The position numbers were made by a program, and so were the translations under genes. The notes below the pieces were generated by a model, which saw only the letters and a list, made by a program, of their open reading frames with translations, had not been told where the DNA came from and ran no database searches. From Hyphomonadaceae bacterium (GTDB taxonomy: Bacteria; Pseudomonadota; Alphaproteobacteria; Caulobacterales; Hyphomonadaceae), in assembly GCA_039942135.1 (NCBI GenBank), contig JBDVDE010000015.1, positions 16,779-80,778 of the forward strand: a DNA stretch of 64,000 nt, written 5' to 3'. This document shows, piece by piece, positions 9,211 through 19,039 of the stretch (positions within the stretch are counted from its first letter, which is position 1; every line of letters starts with the position of its first letter).

Positions 9211-10239
9211 TTAGCAGACATACGTATCATTCTGTTCGCAAATCGCCATCGTCCTATCGATCCAGGCGCGAACAGATTTCGCACGCACATAAACGGCTGT
9301 ATTGTCTTCGACCTGACCGGCTATGGTGATCTGCGACAGAACCCCGACAATGATCGGTCCGCTACCAAAATCCACATATAGTGGCGATCCACTATCGCCA
9401 ATATCGGGGCCCCTCTCACCAATCCGTTTACTTACCAGCACCGCCTCGCCGATCTCCGACATGCGTACCGGCCCGCCTTGGAAAAACCGTGACTGTCCAT
9501 TGCGTCCCCATGCGGAAAGATAGGCGTGGGCAAAGTCGGGCGTCGCCAACTGCAAGCCTTGATCCTCAATCCGCGCAATTGGCACATCCGAAAAAGCAGA
9601 GACATCCTCAAGATAAAACAAGGCAATATCGTTGGGATAGCGATATCTGCTCGTTCCATGTGCGCCATGGCACAGCGCCTTCTTGATCGGAAACAGCTTC
9701 GTTTCGAGCGACCGGACATCAAGTGACGGGGTCAACGCCATGGCGGCATAGACGGGAAGCGCACGGCCCTTGTCTTCATTTTCGAAACAATGGGCGGCAG
9801 TCATAAACCAATGTTCGGCTATGCGCGCGCCGCCGCAATGTGACCGGTCCGAACCGCCCGGCGAATGGATCATTTCGAGTTTGATTATCCCCGGATAGTT
9901 CTCAAGTTCGGGAAACGTGTCCGGTCTGTCGTCAATGTCTGCCGACGTATCACTCTGATATTGCTCTAGCCATCCCGCTTGAACTTCCGGATCGCTCACT
10001 TCTAGGGCAAGGCAGTTTCGTACAGAATAAGCATTGAGCGCCTCTTCCTTTATCGGACTATTGCCCCAATGCTCCAAAGGCGTCTCATACGGGAACCCCG
10101 GATCGGCTGATATTGGTGTCGGAGACCAACGCTCATAAGCCGAATCAATCAATGTTCGCGTCGGCACCCAACGATCGACGATAACACCGAGCACAAGCGC
10201 CAACAGTATCAAGGGCAAGAACACAAACAGAAACCGCAT
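9211..10239 (-). CDS. Membrane-anchored trypsin-like (S1 family) serine protease
   Basis: 342 aa with an N-terminal TM helix. All three catalytic-triad contexts are present: TAAHC, NDIAL and GDSGSPL. Confidence 0.8.
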   Translation of the reverse strand: MRFLFVFLPLILLALVLGVIVDRWVPTRTLIDSAYERWSPTPISADPGFPYETPLEHWGNSPIKEEALNAYSVRNCLALEVSDPEVQAGWLEQYQSDTSADIDDRPDTFPELENYPGIIKLEMIHSPGGSDRSHCGGARIAEHWFMTAAHCFENEDKGRALPVYAAMALTPSLDVRSLETKLFPIKKALCHGAHGTSRYRYPNDIALFYLEDVSAFSDVPIARIEDQGLQLATPDFAHAYLSAWGRNGQSRFFQGGPVRMSEIGEAVLVSKRIGERGPDIGDSGSPLYVDFGSGPIIVGVLSQITIAGQVEDNTAVYVRAKSVRAWIDRTMAICEQNDTYVC

Positions 10240-10330
10240 TCAGATTCTCCATATCGGACCATCTCGAATAGTAGCATGGGTCATTGTTAGCGGGGGATAG
10301 AATATATCGTATTGCTCAAGCCAATTGCAG

Positions 10331-11926
10331 CTAGGCCTCGTCGCGCGCCAAGGCCGTCCGGATCAATTCAGCCGTTTCAGCGACGCCGTAAAGCGCAGCG
10401 AAACCGCCAAAGCGCGGGCCTTGTGACTGCCCGAGCAACACCTCGTAAAGCGCCTTGAACCAGTCACGCAAATTCTCGAACTCATGGGTCTTACCGACAG
10501 AGAAGGTCAGCGTTTGCAGCGCCTCGCCGGTTGCCTCGCCAGAATAAGCTTCAAGCCGCCCAGCAAGGTCCTCCATCGCCGCGCGCTCTTTCGCATCCGG
10601 CGCACGGTAGACCTTCGCGGGCTTCACAAAGTCCTCATAATAGGCAATCGCGTAGCCTGCGAGCTGATCAAGCAAAGGATGGCTCTCTGCGCTCGCTTCA
10701 GGGGCGTAGCGGCTGATAAAGCCCCAAAGCTGTTCCTTGGTTTCTGCATTCGCAGCGCTCACCAAATTCAGCAACAATGCAAAGCTCACCGGCGACGACC
10801 ATTGCGGCGGACGACCATTGTGAATGTGCCAGACCGGATTGGCGAGCTGCTTGTCCGCTTCTTCGCCATGATACTTGCCAAGGAACGCGATATACTCATC
10901 AACCGCTTTCGGGATCACATCGAAATAGAGCTTCTTGGCCACGCGCGGCTTCTGGAACTGGTAGAGCGACAGGCTCTCGGGCGGGGCATATTTCAACCAT
11001 TCCTCAACCGAGATGCCATTGCCCTTAGTTTTCGAAATTTTCTGCCCGTTCTCGTCAAGGAACAGCTCGTACACATATTGCTGCGGTGGCCGCATGCCGA
11101 GGATCGAGCAGATTTTCGAATAGATCGGCGCATTGTCCTGATGGTCCTTGCCGAACATCTCGAAGTCCACATCGAGGGCTGCCCAGCGCATCCCGAAATC
11201 AGGCTTCCATTGCAGTTTCACAGCGCCGCCCGTAACAGGCAGCGTCACGTCCTGTCCGTCCTCATCCTCAAACGTCACAGTGCCAGCCTCCGCATCCACC
11301 GACTTCATCGGCACATAGAGCACGCGGCCTGTGCTCGGGCTAATCGGCAGGAAAGGCGAATAGGTCGCGCGGCGCTCTTCACCGAGCGTCGGCAACATGA
11401 CATCCATAATTGCCTGATATTTCTCCGCTGCCCGCCGAAGCATCGGATCATAGGTGCCGTTCTTGTAAAGCTCCGTGGCGGAGGCAAATTCGTAGTCAAA
11501 CCCGAAACTATCAAGGAAGGCACGCAGCCGCGCATTCATATGATGCCCGAAGCTCTCATGCGTACCAAACGGGTCCGGCACCTTGGTCAGCGGCATCTGC
11601 AAAAACGGCTCAAGGCTCTCCGGATTTGGCACGGTCGGCGGCACTTTGCGCATTCCGTCCATATCATCGGACACACAGATCATCCGCGTCTCGATCTTGC
11701 CTTCGGTCAGCGCGATAAAAGCTTGGCGGACCATCGTCGTGCGCACCACTTCGCCAAAGGTGCCAATATGTGGCAGGCCAGAAGGGCCATAGCCGGTTTC
11801 AAACACAACCGGTCCGGTACCGCCGCGGCCAGCTTTCGCCATTTGCTCGCGTCGTTTAAGGATCGCGCGCGCTTGTTCGAATGGCCAAGCTTTGGCTTTT
11901 TGCGCATGGGTCGCTGTATCGGTCAT
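10331..11926 (-). CDS. lysK: Lysine--tRNA ligase, class I
   Basis: 531 aa with a HIGH-type motif (LPHIGTFGE) and a KMSKS-type motif (KISKTKGNG). The length and architecture fit class I LysRS, which is known in Alphaproteobacteria. Confidence 0.88.
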   Translation of the reverse strand: MTDTATHAQKAKAWPFEQARAILKRREQMAKAGRGGTGPVVFETGYGPSGLPHIGTFGEVVRTTMVRQAFIALTEGKIETRMICVSDDMDGMRKVPPTVPNPESLEPFLQMPLTKVPDPFGTHESFGHHMNARLRAFLDSFGFDYEFASATELYKNGTYDPMLRRAAEKYQAIMDVMLPTLGEERRATYSPFLPISPSTGRVLYVPMKSVDAEAGTVTFEDEDGQDVTLPVTGGAVKLQWKPDFGMRWAALDVDFEMFGKDHQDNAPIYSKICSILGMRPPQQYVYELFLDENGQKISKTKGNGISVEEWLKYAPPESLSLYQFQKPRVAKKLYFDVIPKAVDEYIAFLGKYHGEEADKQLANPVWHIHNGRPPQWSSPVSFALLLNLVSAANAETKEQLWGFISRYAPEASAESHPLLDQLAGYAIAYYEDFVKPAKVYRAPDAKERAAMEDLAGRLEAYSGEATGEALQTLTFSVGKTHEFENLRDWFKALYEVLLGQSQGPRFGGFAALYGVAETAELIRTALARDEA

Positions 11927-11971
11927 ATTTGGCTCTGAATGAAGGATCGGGGAAATCGGGCTACGCGAAAA

Positions 11972-12211
11972 TCAGTCGCGTTTCAATTCCGCAATTTCTG
12001 CCTCGAGGATTTCGATCCGTTCGAGCGCGCCTTGTAGCATTTGCTTGAGCACGTCAAACTCTTCTCGACTGGCCAGATCCATATCAGCAACCAGCCGTGC
12101 AGCTTGGCTTTGCATCATCGTGCGGGCTTCTTCGCCAACAGAACGCGCAGCGCCCATTGCACCGGTCATTAGACCGGCAACGTCATCAAGCAGTGGATTT
12201 TGCTTAGCCAT
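11972..12211 (-). CDS. ubiK: UbiK/YqiC-family accessory coiled-coil protein
   Basis: 79 aa with the pattern SREEFDVLKQML...RIEILEAEIAELK, typical of this family. Confidence 0.65.
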   Translation of the reverse strand: MAKQNPLLDDVAGLMTGAMGAARSVGEEARTMMQSQAARLVADMDLASREEFDVLKQMLQGALERIEILEAEIAELKRD

Positions 12212-12290
12212 AAGGGTACTCCTTTAAAAGCGGTTCAAACTCACCTACCAGATGGTGCGCCGCCACCGAAGAGAAAAGACCGAATCTGTC

Positions 12291-13241
12291 ATGTTTGCCG
12301 CACTAAAGTTTCCAGAGTTTAGCCCGTTCGTATTCACCATCCCGAAGATTGATCTCGGAATATTTGCGATCGGCCCACTGCCGCTGCGCTGGTATGCGGT
12401 GTCCTACATCCTCGGACTGATCCTCTCGTTCAGTTATGCCAACCAGCTCGTCAAGCGCCCACATCTCTATGGTCTGCCCAAAAGCCCCGTCAGCAAAGAG
12501 GATATGGACGATATTTTCACATGGTCGCTGATCGGGATCATTCTTGGTGGGCGCATCGGTTATCTTCTATTCTACACACTATCGACAGGGGATGGACGCG
12601 CAGCCATCGCCGCAGACCCAATGAGCCTCATTCGCATCTGGGACGGCGGTTTGTCGTTTCATGGCGGCTTTCTCGGTGTTTGCGTCGTGATTCTCCTCGT
12701 GTCGAGAATTCGCAAAGTCCCGCTTCTCTCGTTCGCGGATATGGGCGCCATGATTGCCCCGATTTCGATATTCATGGTCCGAGTCTTCGGAAACTTCATG
12801 AATGCCGAGCTTTATGGCCGCCACACCGACAGCTCCGTCGGCATGATTTTCCCCGAAGGTATTGCGCCGAATTACACAGGGCCACCTGCCGCATGGGATG
12901 CTGTCGAAAAGGTCTGGGTCTATGCCGGAAACGAGATGGCGCGCCATCCCAGCCAAATTTACGAAGGTGTTCTCGAAGGTTTGCTGCCAACGGCTGTGCT
13001 CGCGGTTCTGGCCTTCAAGTTCGGTATGCTCAAAAAGCCGGGACTCGCGGCCGGTCTGTTCTTTATCATGTACGGACTGGGGCGTTCGATATCCGAATTT
13101 TTCCGCGAGCCTGATGCCCATATCGGATTTTTGCCGGGCGGCGCGACCATGGGCATGTTGCTCTCGACACCCATGTGGCTCGCAGGTGCGTTCCTGATTT
13201 GGCATGCGCTCAAGGAAAAACCGCTTAGCGCACCGAACTAA
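12291..13241 (+). CDS. lgt: Prolipoprotein diacylglyceryl transferase
   Basis: Polytopic membrane protein with the Lgt signatures LRWYAVSYILG, GGRIGYLLFY, IWDGGLSFHGG and HPSQIYE. The ATG at 12291 is preferred over 12252. Confidence 0.9.
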   Translation: MFAALKFPEFSPFVFTIPKIDLGIFAIGPLPLRWYAVSYILGLILSFSYANQLVKRPHLYGLPKSPVSKEDMDDIFTWSLIGIILGGRIGYLLFYTLSTGDGRAAIAADPMSLIRIWDGGLSFHGGFLGVCVVILLVSRIRKVPLLSFADMGAMIAPISIFMVRVFGNFMNAELYGRHTDSSVGMIFPEGIAPNYTGPPAAWDAVEKVWVYAGNEMARHPSQIYEGVLEGLLPTAVLAVLAFKFGMLKKPGLAAGLFFIMYGLGRSISEFFREPDAHIGFLPGGATMGMLLSTPMWLAGAFLIWHALKEKPLSAPN

Positions 13242-13253
13242 CAGGCGCTCGCA

Positions 13254-14324
13254 ATGTCACTCAAAGACAGGCTCATCCGGCAAATCCGCATGGACGGCCC
13301 CATGCCGGTGTCTTCATATATGCAGACCTGCCTGCACGACCCCAAAGACGGCTATTATGCCAATGGTGCAGGCTTAGGGCGCGACTTTATAACCGCGCCA
13401 GAAACGAGCCAGATGTTCGGCGAACTCATTGGTCTGTGGCTCGTCAACGCATGGCAGGCGACGGGTGCTTCTACCACATTCAATATCGTCGAAATGGGCG
13501 GCGGTCGCGGCACACTGATGGCTGACGCGATGCGTGCAGCTCATGCCGCAGCCGATACCAATTTTGCAAACGGACTATTCCTTGAGCTCATCGAGGCCAG
13601 TCCTGCATTGCGCGACCTACAAGCCAAAAAGCTTGAACCCTTTGCCCCCAGTTTCAAAGATAGATTGGAACATGTGAACCCGCACCTCACATTTATCATC
13701 GCAAACGAATTCCTCGATTGCTTGCCCGCACGCCAATTTGTCCGCGAAGACGAGGTGTGGCGCGAGCGCGTTGTCGGGCTTGACGAAGATGGAGAATTGG
13801 CCTTCGGGATTGATCGGTCGGATTTACGCGCGGAAGCTGCCGCAGATATGCCGCCAGTTTCTCTAAACGGCGAAACCGAAGTTCAGCCCGGCCTTGATGG
13901 CCTGATAGAAACCCTCAGCGACCGCGTTGAAAATGGCGATCGCTTCCATGCACTGTTCATCGATTACGGCCCCGACAATCACGCTCCCACTGACACCTTG
14001 CGCGCCTACAAAAACGGCGAACAGGTCGATCCGCTTGCTTGTCCCGGCGAAGCAGATCTAACCGTAGATGTCGATTTCGGGCGGCTTGCCAAGCTCGCCA
14101 AGGGTGCTGGCCTATCAGTCTCGGGCCCTATCACTCAGGGAGAATTCCTCGGTAAGCTCGGCCTACAAGAGCGGCTCGATACGCTCATCAAAGCCAATCC
14201 CGAGCGTGCAGAGGCATTGTTCCAAGGCGCACAAAAGCTCGTCGATCCAGCCGAAATGGGAACACGGTTCAAAGTGATCTGTATCTCTACGCCGAGCTTG
14301 CCAAAACCTGCCGGATTTGAGTAG
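13254..14324 (+). CDS. Class I SAM-dependent methyltransferase (NDUFAF7/MidA, DUF185-like)
   Basis: 356 aa with FITAPETSQMFGELIG and an EMGGGRGTLM Rossmann motif. It sits in the lgt-MTase-pgeF synteny common in Alphaproteobacteria. Confidence 0.8.
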   Translation: MSLKDRLIRQIRMDGPMPVSSYMQTCLHDPKDGYYANGAGLGRDFITAPETSQMFGELIGLWLVNAWQATGASTTFNIVEMGGGRGTLMADAMRAAHAAADTNFANGLFLELIEASPALRDLQAKKLEPFAPSFKDRLEHVNPHLTFIIANEFLDCLPARQFVREDEVWRERVVGLDEDGELAFGIDRSDLRAEAAADMPPVSLNGETEVQPGLDGLIETLSDRVENGDRFHALFIDYGPDNHAPTDTLRAYKNGEQVDPLACPGEADLTVDVDFGRLAKLAKGAGLSVSGPITQGEFLGKLGLQERLDTLIKANPERAEALFQGAQKLVDPAEMGTRFKVICISTPSLPKPAGFE

Positions 14325-14333
14325 CCTAGCTTT

Positions 14334-15122
14334 ATGAAAACCACCGCCCATCCGCCAGCGACCACTGCGCCGAGCCTTGCCCATATGCCCTCTGTCTCGC
14401 ACGGGTTTTTCGGCGCACAGGGCGGCGTATCCACAGGGTTATACACAAGCTTGAATGCAGGCGCGGGATCAAACGATACCCCAGAAGCCGTCGCAGAAAA
14501 CCGCGCACGCATCGCCGCAGCGATTGGCGCGGACGAACCAGACCATCTCCTGTCGTGCCATCAACACCATTCAGCAGACGTCGTTCACATCACGGCTCCC
14601 TTTACCGACCGGCCAAAAGCCGATGCAATGGTGACGAAATCTTCCGGCTTGGCGCTAGCAATCATGACCGCAGATTGCGTTCCGGTCCTGTTTGCAGATG
14701 CAGCCGCAGGGGTCATCGGTGCGGCCCATTCTGGCTGGAAGGGGGCCATCGCCGACATTTGCGAGGCAACGCTAGAAGCGATGGAAGCACTTGGCGCAGA
14801 CCGATCCTCCATCGCGGCCGGAATAGGCCCTTGCATAGGGCAAGCCTCCTATGAAGTCGGACCAGAATTCCGCGAAACATTCTTAACCCATAGGGCCGCA
14901 TCCGAGAGATTTTTTGTTCAAGGCAATGCTGATCGCTTCCAGTTCGACATTCAAAGCTTTGTTCGCGCGCAACTCGTACGCGCCGGCGTATCGCGCATAG
15001 ATGTCGTCGCCCACGACACCTGCGCTTTGGAAGACCGGTATTTTTCCAATAGACGCCGCAATCGCCAAGGATTGCCCGACTATGGCAGAAATGCCTCAGT
15101 CATCATGTTGAAATCGAAATAG
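14334..15122 (+). CDS. pgeF: Peptidoglycan editing factor PgeF (YfiH / laccase-domain protein)
   Basis: 262 aa with the motifs SHGFFGAQGG, TADCVPVLF and AAHSGWKG. Confidence 0.85.
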   Translation: MKTTAHPPATTAPSLAHMPSVSHGFFGAQGGVSTGLYTSLNAGAGSNDTPEAVAENRARIAAAIGADEPDHLLSCHQHHSADVVHITAPFTDRPKADAMVTKSSGLALAIMTADCVPVLFADAAAGVIGAAHSGWKGAIADICEATLEAMEALGADRSSIAAGIGPCIGQASYEVGPEFRETFLTHRAASERFFVQGNADRFQFDIQSFVRAQLVRAGVSRIDVVAHDTCALEDRYFSNRRRNRQGLPDYGRNASVIMLKSK

Positions 15123-15212
15123 CTGCCGGAAACGCACGTCAAACCGTTGCACCCGCGCCCGCTTTGATACAAAAGCGTCCCAGATGATTGAAAATAGCCA
15201 GGACCCGTCAAA

Positions 15213-16145
15213 ATGAAACTGCTATCATGCAATGCCAATCGCCCACTTGCCTCAAACATAGCCGACTATCTCGATGTCCCACTGACCGAGGCCGAGGTGA
15301 AAAACTTCGCCGACAATGAGGTCTTCGTCCGGATCAACGAGAATGTGCGCGGCGAAGATGTCTTCGTCATCCAGTCCACAAGTTTCCCGGCCAATGACAA
15401 TCTCATGGAGCTTCTGATCTGCATGGATGCCCTGCGACGCGCCTCGGCCCGCCGGATTACGGCTGTGATCCCTTATTATGGTTATGCGAGACAAGACCGC
15501 AAAACCGACGGACGCACACCAATTTCCGCAAAACTGGTCGCAAACCTCATTTCGACAGCGGGCGCCGATCGCGTCCTCACCATGGATCTGCATGCCGGAC
15601 AAATTCAGGGCTTCTTCGACATCCCGACCGATAATATGGTCGCCGGCCCCGTCATTCTGCGCGACATTCGTGATCGCTATGATCCGGCAAAACTGAAAAT
15701 TGTCTCTCCCGATGTTGGCGGTGTGGTACGGGCCCGCGGATTGGCAAAACGTCTTGGCTGCGATCTTGCCATTGTCGACAAGCGCCGCCCCGAAGCCGGT
15801 CAGTCCGAAGTGATGAACATTATTGGCGACGTAAAGGGACATCGCTGCATCATGGTCGATGATATGTGCGATAGCGGCGGAACACTCTGCAATGCGGCCG
15901 CCGCGCTAAAGGATGCGGGCGCGACAGGCGTTTCGGCCTATGTCACCCATGGCGTGCTCTCGAACAATGCCGTTAAGCGCGTTGAAAAATCCGTCCTCGA
16001 CGAGATCGTTATCTGCGACACCATTCAGCCAAATGAGGAAGACTTGAAGTCCAAGTCCCTCCGCGTGCTCCCCGTCGCTCCGCTGCTCGGCGAAGCTATT
16101 CGCCGGATTGCCAACGAAGAGAGTGTATCCAAACTGTTCGACTAG
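15213..16145 (+). CDS. prs: Ribose-phosphate pyrophosphokinase
   Basis: 310 aa with [21 protein letters not shown] and the PRPP-binding loop [10 protein letters not shown]. Confidence 0.95.
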   Translation: MKLLSCNANRPLASNIADYLDVPLTEAEVKNFADNEVFVRINENVRGEDVFVIQSTSFPANDNLMELLICMDALRRASARRITAVIPYYGYARQDRKTDGRTPISAKLVANLISTAGADRVLTMDLHAGQIQGFFDIPTDNMVAGPVILRDIRDRYDPAKLKIVSPDVGGVVRARGLAKRLGCDLAIVDKRRPEAGQSEVMNIIGDVKGHRCIMVDDMCDSGGTLCNAAAALKDAGATGVSAYVTHGVLSNNAVKRVEKSVLDEIVICDTIQPNEEDLKSKSLRVLPVAPLLGEAIRRIANEESVSKLFD

Positions 16146-16201
16146 ATGAGGGACACCGGATTTCCGGCTCGGAAACTTCGGCATCAGGGACTTAGATTAT
16201 A

Positions 16202-16975
16202 ATGCAAAACATCAAGACGACGATCATACCACGTATTCATCTTTCGCGCAGTGCCGCCTGCCTCATCCTCGCTCTGACATGTCTTGTCACCATTCCCGCC
16301 ATTGCAAGTGCACAGAATGTTGGCGGCGTGTTTGGTCCAGAGGTCACCCCCGGCAGCCGCGCGCTCGAGTTCCGCACAGCGTTCGCTCCGTCCTCGGATG
16401 GGCGTCCGGAACGGATCACCTCCCGCCTCCACTATCAGCAGAGCGTAACCGACAATCTGCGCCTACGTGCCGTGGTGCAAGGCGCCGACACGAATGTCAG
16501 CGGGTTTGATTTCGACCTTGTGCAGTTCGAGGCCCAGTATCAGTTTCTCGAAGACGAAAAGTCAGGCATTGATTCCGCCGTGCGCCTCGATGTGCTGATC
16601 AATGATGATGTCGGGGCGAACTTGGTGAGCTTTAACTCGACCACAGATGTGCCCCTCGGCGAGCGATGGGTCTGGCGCGGCGCAGTGCTGGCGCAAGTTC
16701 AGTTTGGCGATGACCGCAGCGATGGCCTGTTCCTGCAGACCCGCTCCAGCCTGCGCTACCAACTCAACAAGACTGTTAGCCTTCAGGCCCAAGCCTTCAA
16801 TTTTTATGGCTCGACTGATGATTTTCCAGACCTGCGCGATCAGGTCCACAGCATTGGTCCAGCCATTGCCGCCAAGCTCGGACAAGGCTGGTCAGTCGAA
16901 GCCAGCACACTCTTCGGCCTGACCAATGCGTCCTCGGATGTAGACTTTCGCATATTTCTCGCGAAGTCGTTTTAG
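16202..16975 (+). CDS. Putative outer-membrane beta-barrel protein
   Basis: 257 aa with a signal peptide (…IPAIASAQN), alternating beta-strand-like pattern and a C-terminal aromatic residue (…FLAKSF). Confidence 0.5.
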   Translation: MQNIKTTIIPRIHLSRSAACLILALTCLVTIPAIASAQNVGGVFGPEVTPGSRALEFRTAFAPSSDGRPERITSRLHYQQSVTDNLRLRAVVQGADTNVSGFDFDLVQFEAQYQFLEDEKSGIDSAVRLDVLINDDVGANLVSFNSTTDVPLGERWVWRGAVLAQVQFGDDRSDGLFLQTRSSLRYQLNKTVSLQAQAFNFYGSTDDFPDLRDQVHSIGPAIAAKLGQGWSVEASTLFGLTNASSDVDFRIFLAKSF

Positions 16976-17106
16976 GGCGAGTGTAGGCCGCTAGATCTAC
17001 AGCCAAGATGCGCGCAAAGCTGCCACGAGACCTCGAAGCTAAGGTCCGCTTTTTTGGTCATCTGCTGCCGATAACCAAGAGTGCGACTTGGGGCGAGAAT
17101 AGCCGC

Positions 17107-18366
17107 TCACCGACGTCCCTCAATAGCATCAACGGGCCCGAAGGATACCAGCCCTTGATTCAGGCTAAGCGTCGCCCCGCCAGATTGTATAACCGCGTCA
17201 AGCCCAATAAAGCATTGGGAGTTCGCTCGCCCACGAACTTCGACATTCTTCAATTGAATAGGTTCATCAGCGAGTGTGCCGAGAAGCTGATCGATTGCTT
17301 TATCAACTTTATAGTCAAAGCGTTTGCGGCGCTCACGCCGGTTTAGCAATTGTAAGTCAAGTTCGTTTTTATGGCGTTCGAACATCCTTTGGGAGATAAA
17401 TGAGTGGGGAGCCCCGACATCGAAGAGGCATGAATAGACCTCGTCCCCCAAGACTAGTTTGACGATAGGTTTTTGTCCTACGAGCAATAGGTTTATGTCA
17501 GATCCGCGTGTGGTTGGAGCTGGATTTTCTGGTAATACAAGCAGCTCACTTATCCGCTTTCCATCTGTCGAGAAAACAATCGTTTCGCCGAGGTGTCGGA
17601 TTTCACTTATACCCAGAATTGCTTCTGGGAGGACATCATTGAAACCCCAGATTTTATCGAGTTCCAAATTGGATCTGTTTACAGGGTGATTATAAAAACG
17701 TGTTAAACCAATCTGAGCAGAGTCTATATGACCCACCGTGTTAGAGAAGCTACTATTTGTTGTTTGCAGAGCCGAAGTGATTGATGATGTCTTAACGCCT
17801 ACGATATCAGACATTTCAGGCCCGATAGTTAAACCATCTCCGCCAGTGTCAAATAAAAAGCTTGTTTCAGTATCGTTTATACGCCCTGTAATTTTTATTC
17901 GGTCGTTATTTCCAACAATATTCGTGAGGGTGTAAGGCGCGTTTGCCATTTCAATTTTCGAATCTAAATTGGCTAAATACTGAAATTCGGATGATTCTTC
18001 GGGCAATAGAGTTGACTCGAATTCTTCGACGTTCGCAATAATGTCCGAATACCGTTTCGACGAGATCAGCATCTCAATTTTGACGTTTGTGAGCGTGCGT
18101 AAAAACTGAGCCTCGCCTACCTCCTCAGCATGCGAACGGGCGGCCTCAATGCGCTGAAACGCTAAATCGAAATCCTGTTTGTTCCTCGCATCGAATATGC
18201 CGGCAAAGTGATGAGCTAGCGGGTCCGTAATCTCACCAGCCTCATACTGCGCCGACATGCTGAAAGGGTTAAACACATCCAGTTTCTGCCATGCGGGTCG
18301 TTCATCCTGCCCCCAAGCTGTTGCAGAGACGCTCATAATGCTCAAGATGAAGATCAATTTTTTCAA
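17107..18366 (-). CDS. Secreted protein with two retropepsin-like (clan AA) aspartyl protease domains
   Basis: 419 aa with a signal peptide (MKKLIFILSIMSVSATAWG). It has two aspartic-protease-type motifs, FLFDTGGDG and CLFDVGAPHS. Most of the gene is visibly more AT-rich than its neighbours. Confidence 0.6.
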   Translation of the reverse strand: MKKLIFILSIMSVSATAWGQDERPAWQKLDVFNPFSMSAQYEAGEITDPLAHHFAGIFDARNKQDFDLAFQRIEAARSHAEEVGEAQFLRTLTNVKIEMLISSKRYSDIIANVEEFESTLLPEESSEFQYLANLDSKIEMANAPYTLTNIVGNNDRIKITGRINDTETSFLFDTGGDGLTIGPEMSDIVGVKTSSITSALQTTNSSFSNTVGHIDSAQIGLTRFYNHPVNRSNLELDKIWGFNDVLPEAILGISEIRHLGETIVFSTDGKRISELLVLPENPAPTTRGSDINLLLVGQKPIVKLVLGDEVYSCLFDVGAPHSFISQRMFERHKNELDLQLLNRRERRKRFDYKVDKAIDQLLGTLADEPIQLKNVEVRGRANSQCFIGLDAVIQSGGATLSLNQGLVSFGPVDAIEGRR

Positions 18367-19039
18367 TATTTCAATTCCTTTTTCCCGCTATATTTGTCTA
18401 CTGATTGACCGTATGACACTTCAACTTCTGACTTAAATAAAACTTTACGTGATGCCTTTTCTGTAATTGCCCTATTTTGGGTGTTTTAAGACTCCGACTT
18501 TATGACCGCTATGACGCCGAGAGCGGACATAAGCCCCCATCCAAAAAATCTATCCTCCGCGCACGTCCCCCATCCCATACTCCCCTTGTTCTTCATCGCC
18601 ATAAGCGGTGTCCGGTCCGGCCGGTCATGATGGAGAGTTCGGGTTTCTGCGAGGCTGACCGGTCGTAACGTGTCCGGCGGTTCTCAAGGCGGGGGTCATG
18701 GTGCAACCTATACCGAGAGCGGCCTGAAGACCTGCGACAGGACAAGGCTCGGGGAGCGACCCGATAAGCCAGCATCGTCCCGACAAAAGACCTGAGGACG
18801 GCGCATAGGTCGCGCCATACAGCCTCGGCGAAAGTCAGGCATTTACATCGGTGTGTCTTGCGCGCCGTCCGAGCTTTGTATCGCCAGCGGGGCCGCGCAT
18901 GGTGCGCTTTGGCGTGCGCGGGCTATACCCGCCAAGCTCTCCGTTTCCCTATCTTCAATGTCGCAATAAATGGGAGCGAGCATAGGTAGGCAACCCGAAA
19001 CTGTTTCCCTTGCAAGGCGGCCTGCTCTAAACAGCGCCA

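Noticed and set aside
10484-11938. 484-aa plus-strand ORF covering almost all of lysK
   Set aside because: It is antisense to a gene with clear class I LysRS motifs. The translation is Arg/His/Leu-rich and low in complexity, as expected for a shadow ORF in GC-rich coding DNA.
12521-13205. Several 100-200-aa alternative-frame and antisense ORFs within lgt
   Set aside because: The lgt frame carries all the Lgt signatures. The others are Arg-rich shadow ORFs.
17008-17346. 112-aa plus-strand ORF
   Set aside because: It overlaps the 3' end of the 419-aa minus-strand protease-like gene and has no RBS or motif. It is probably spurious.
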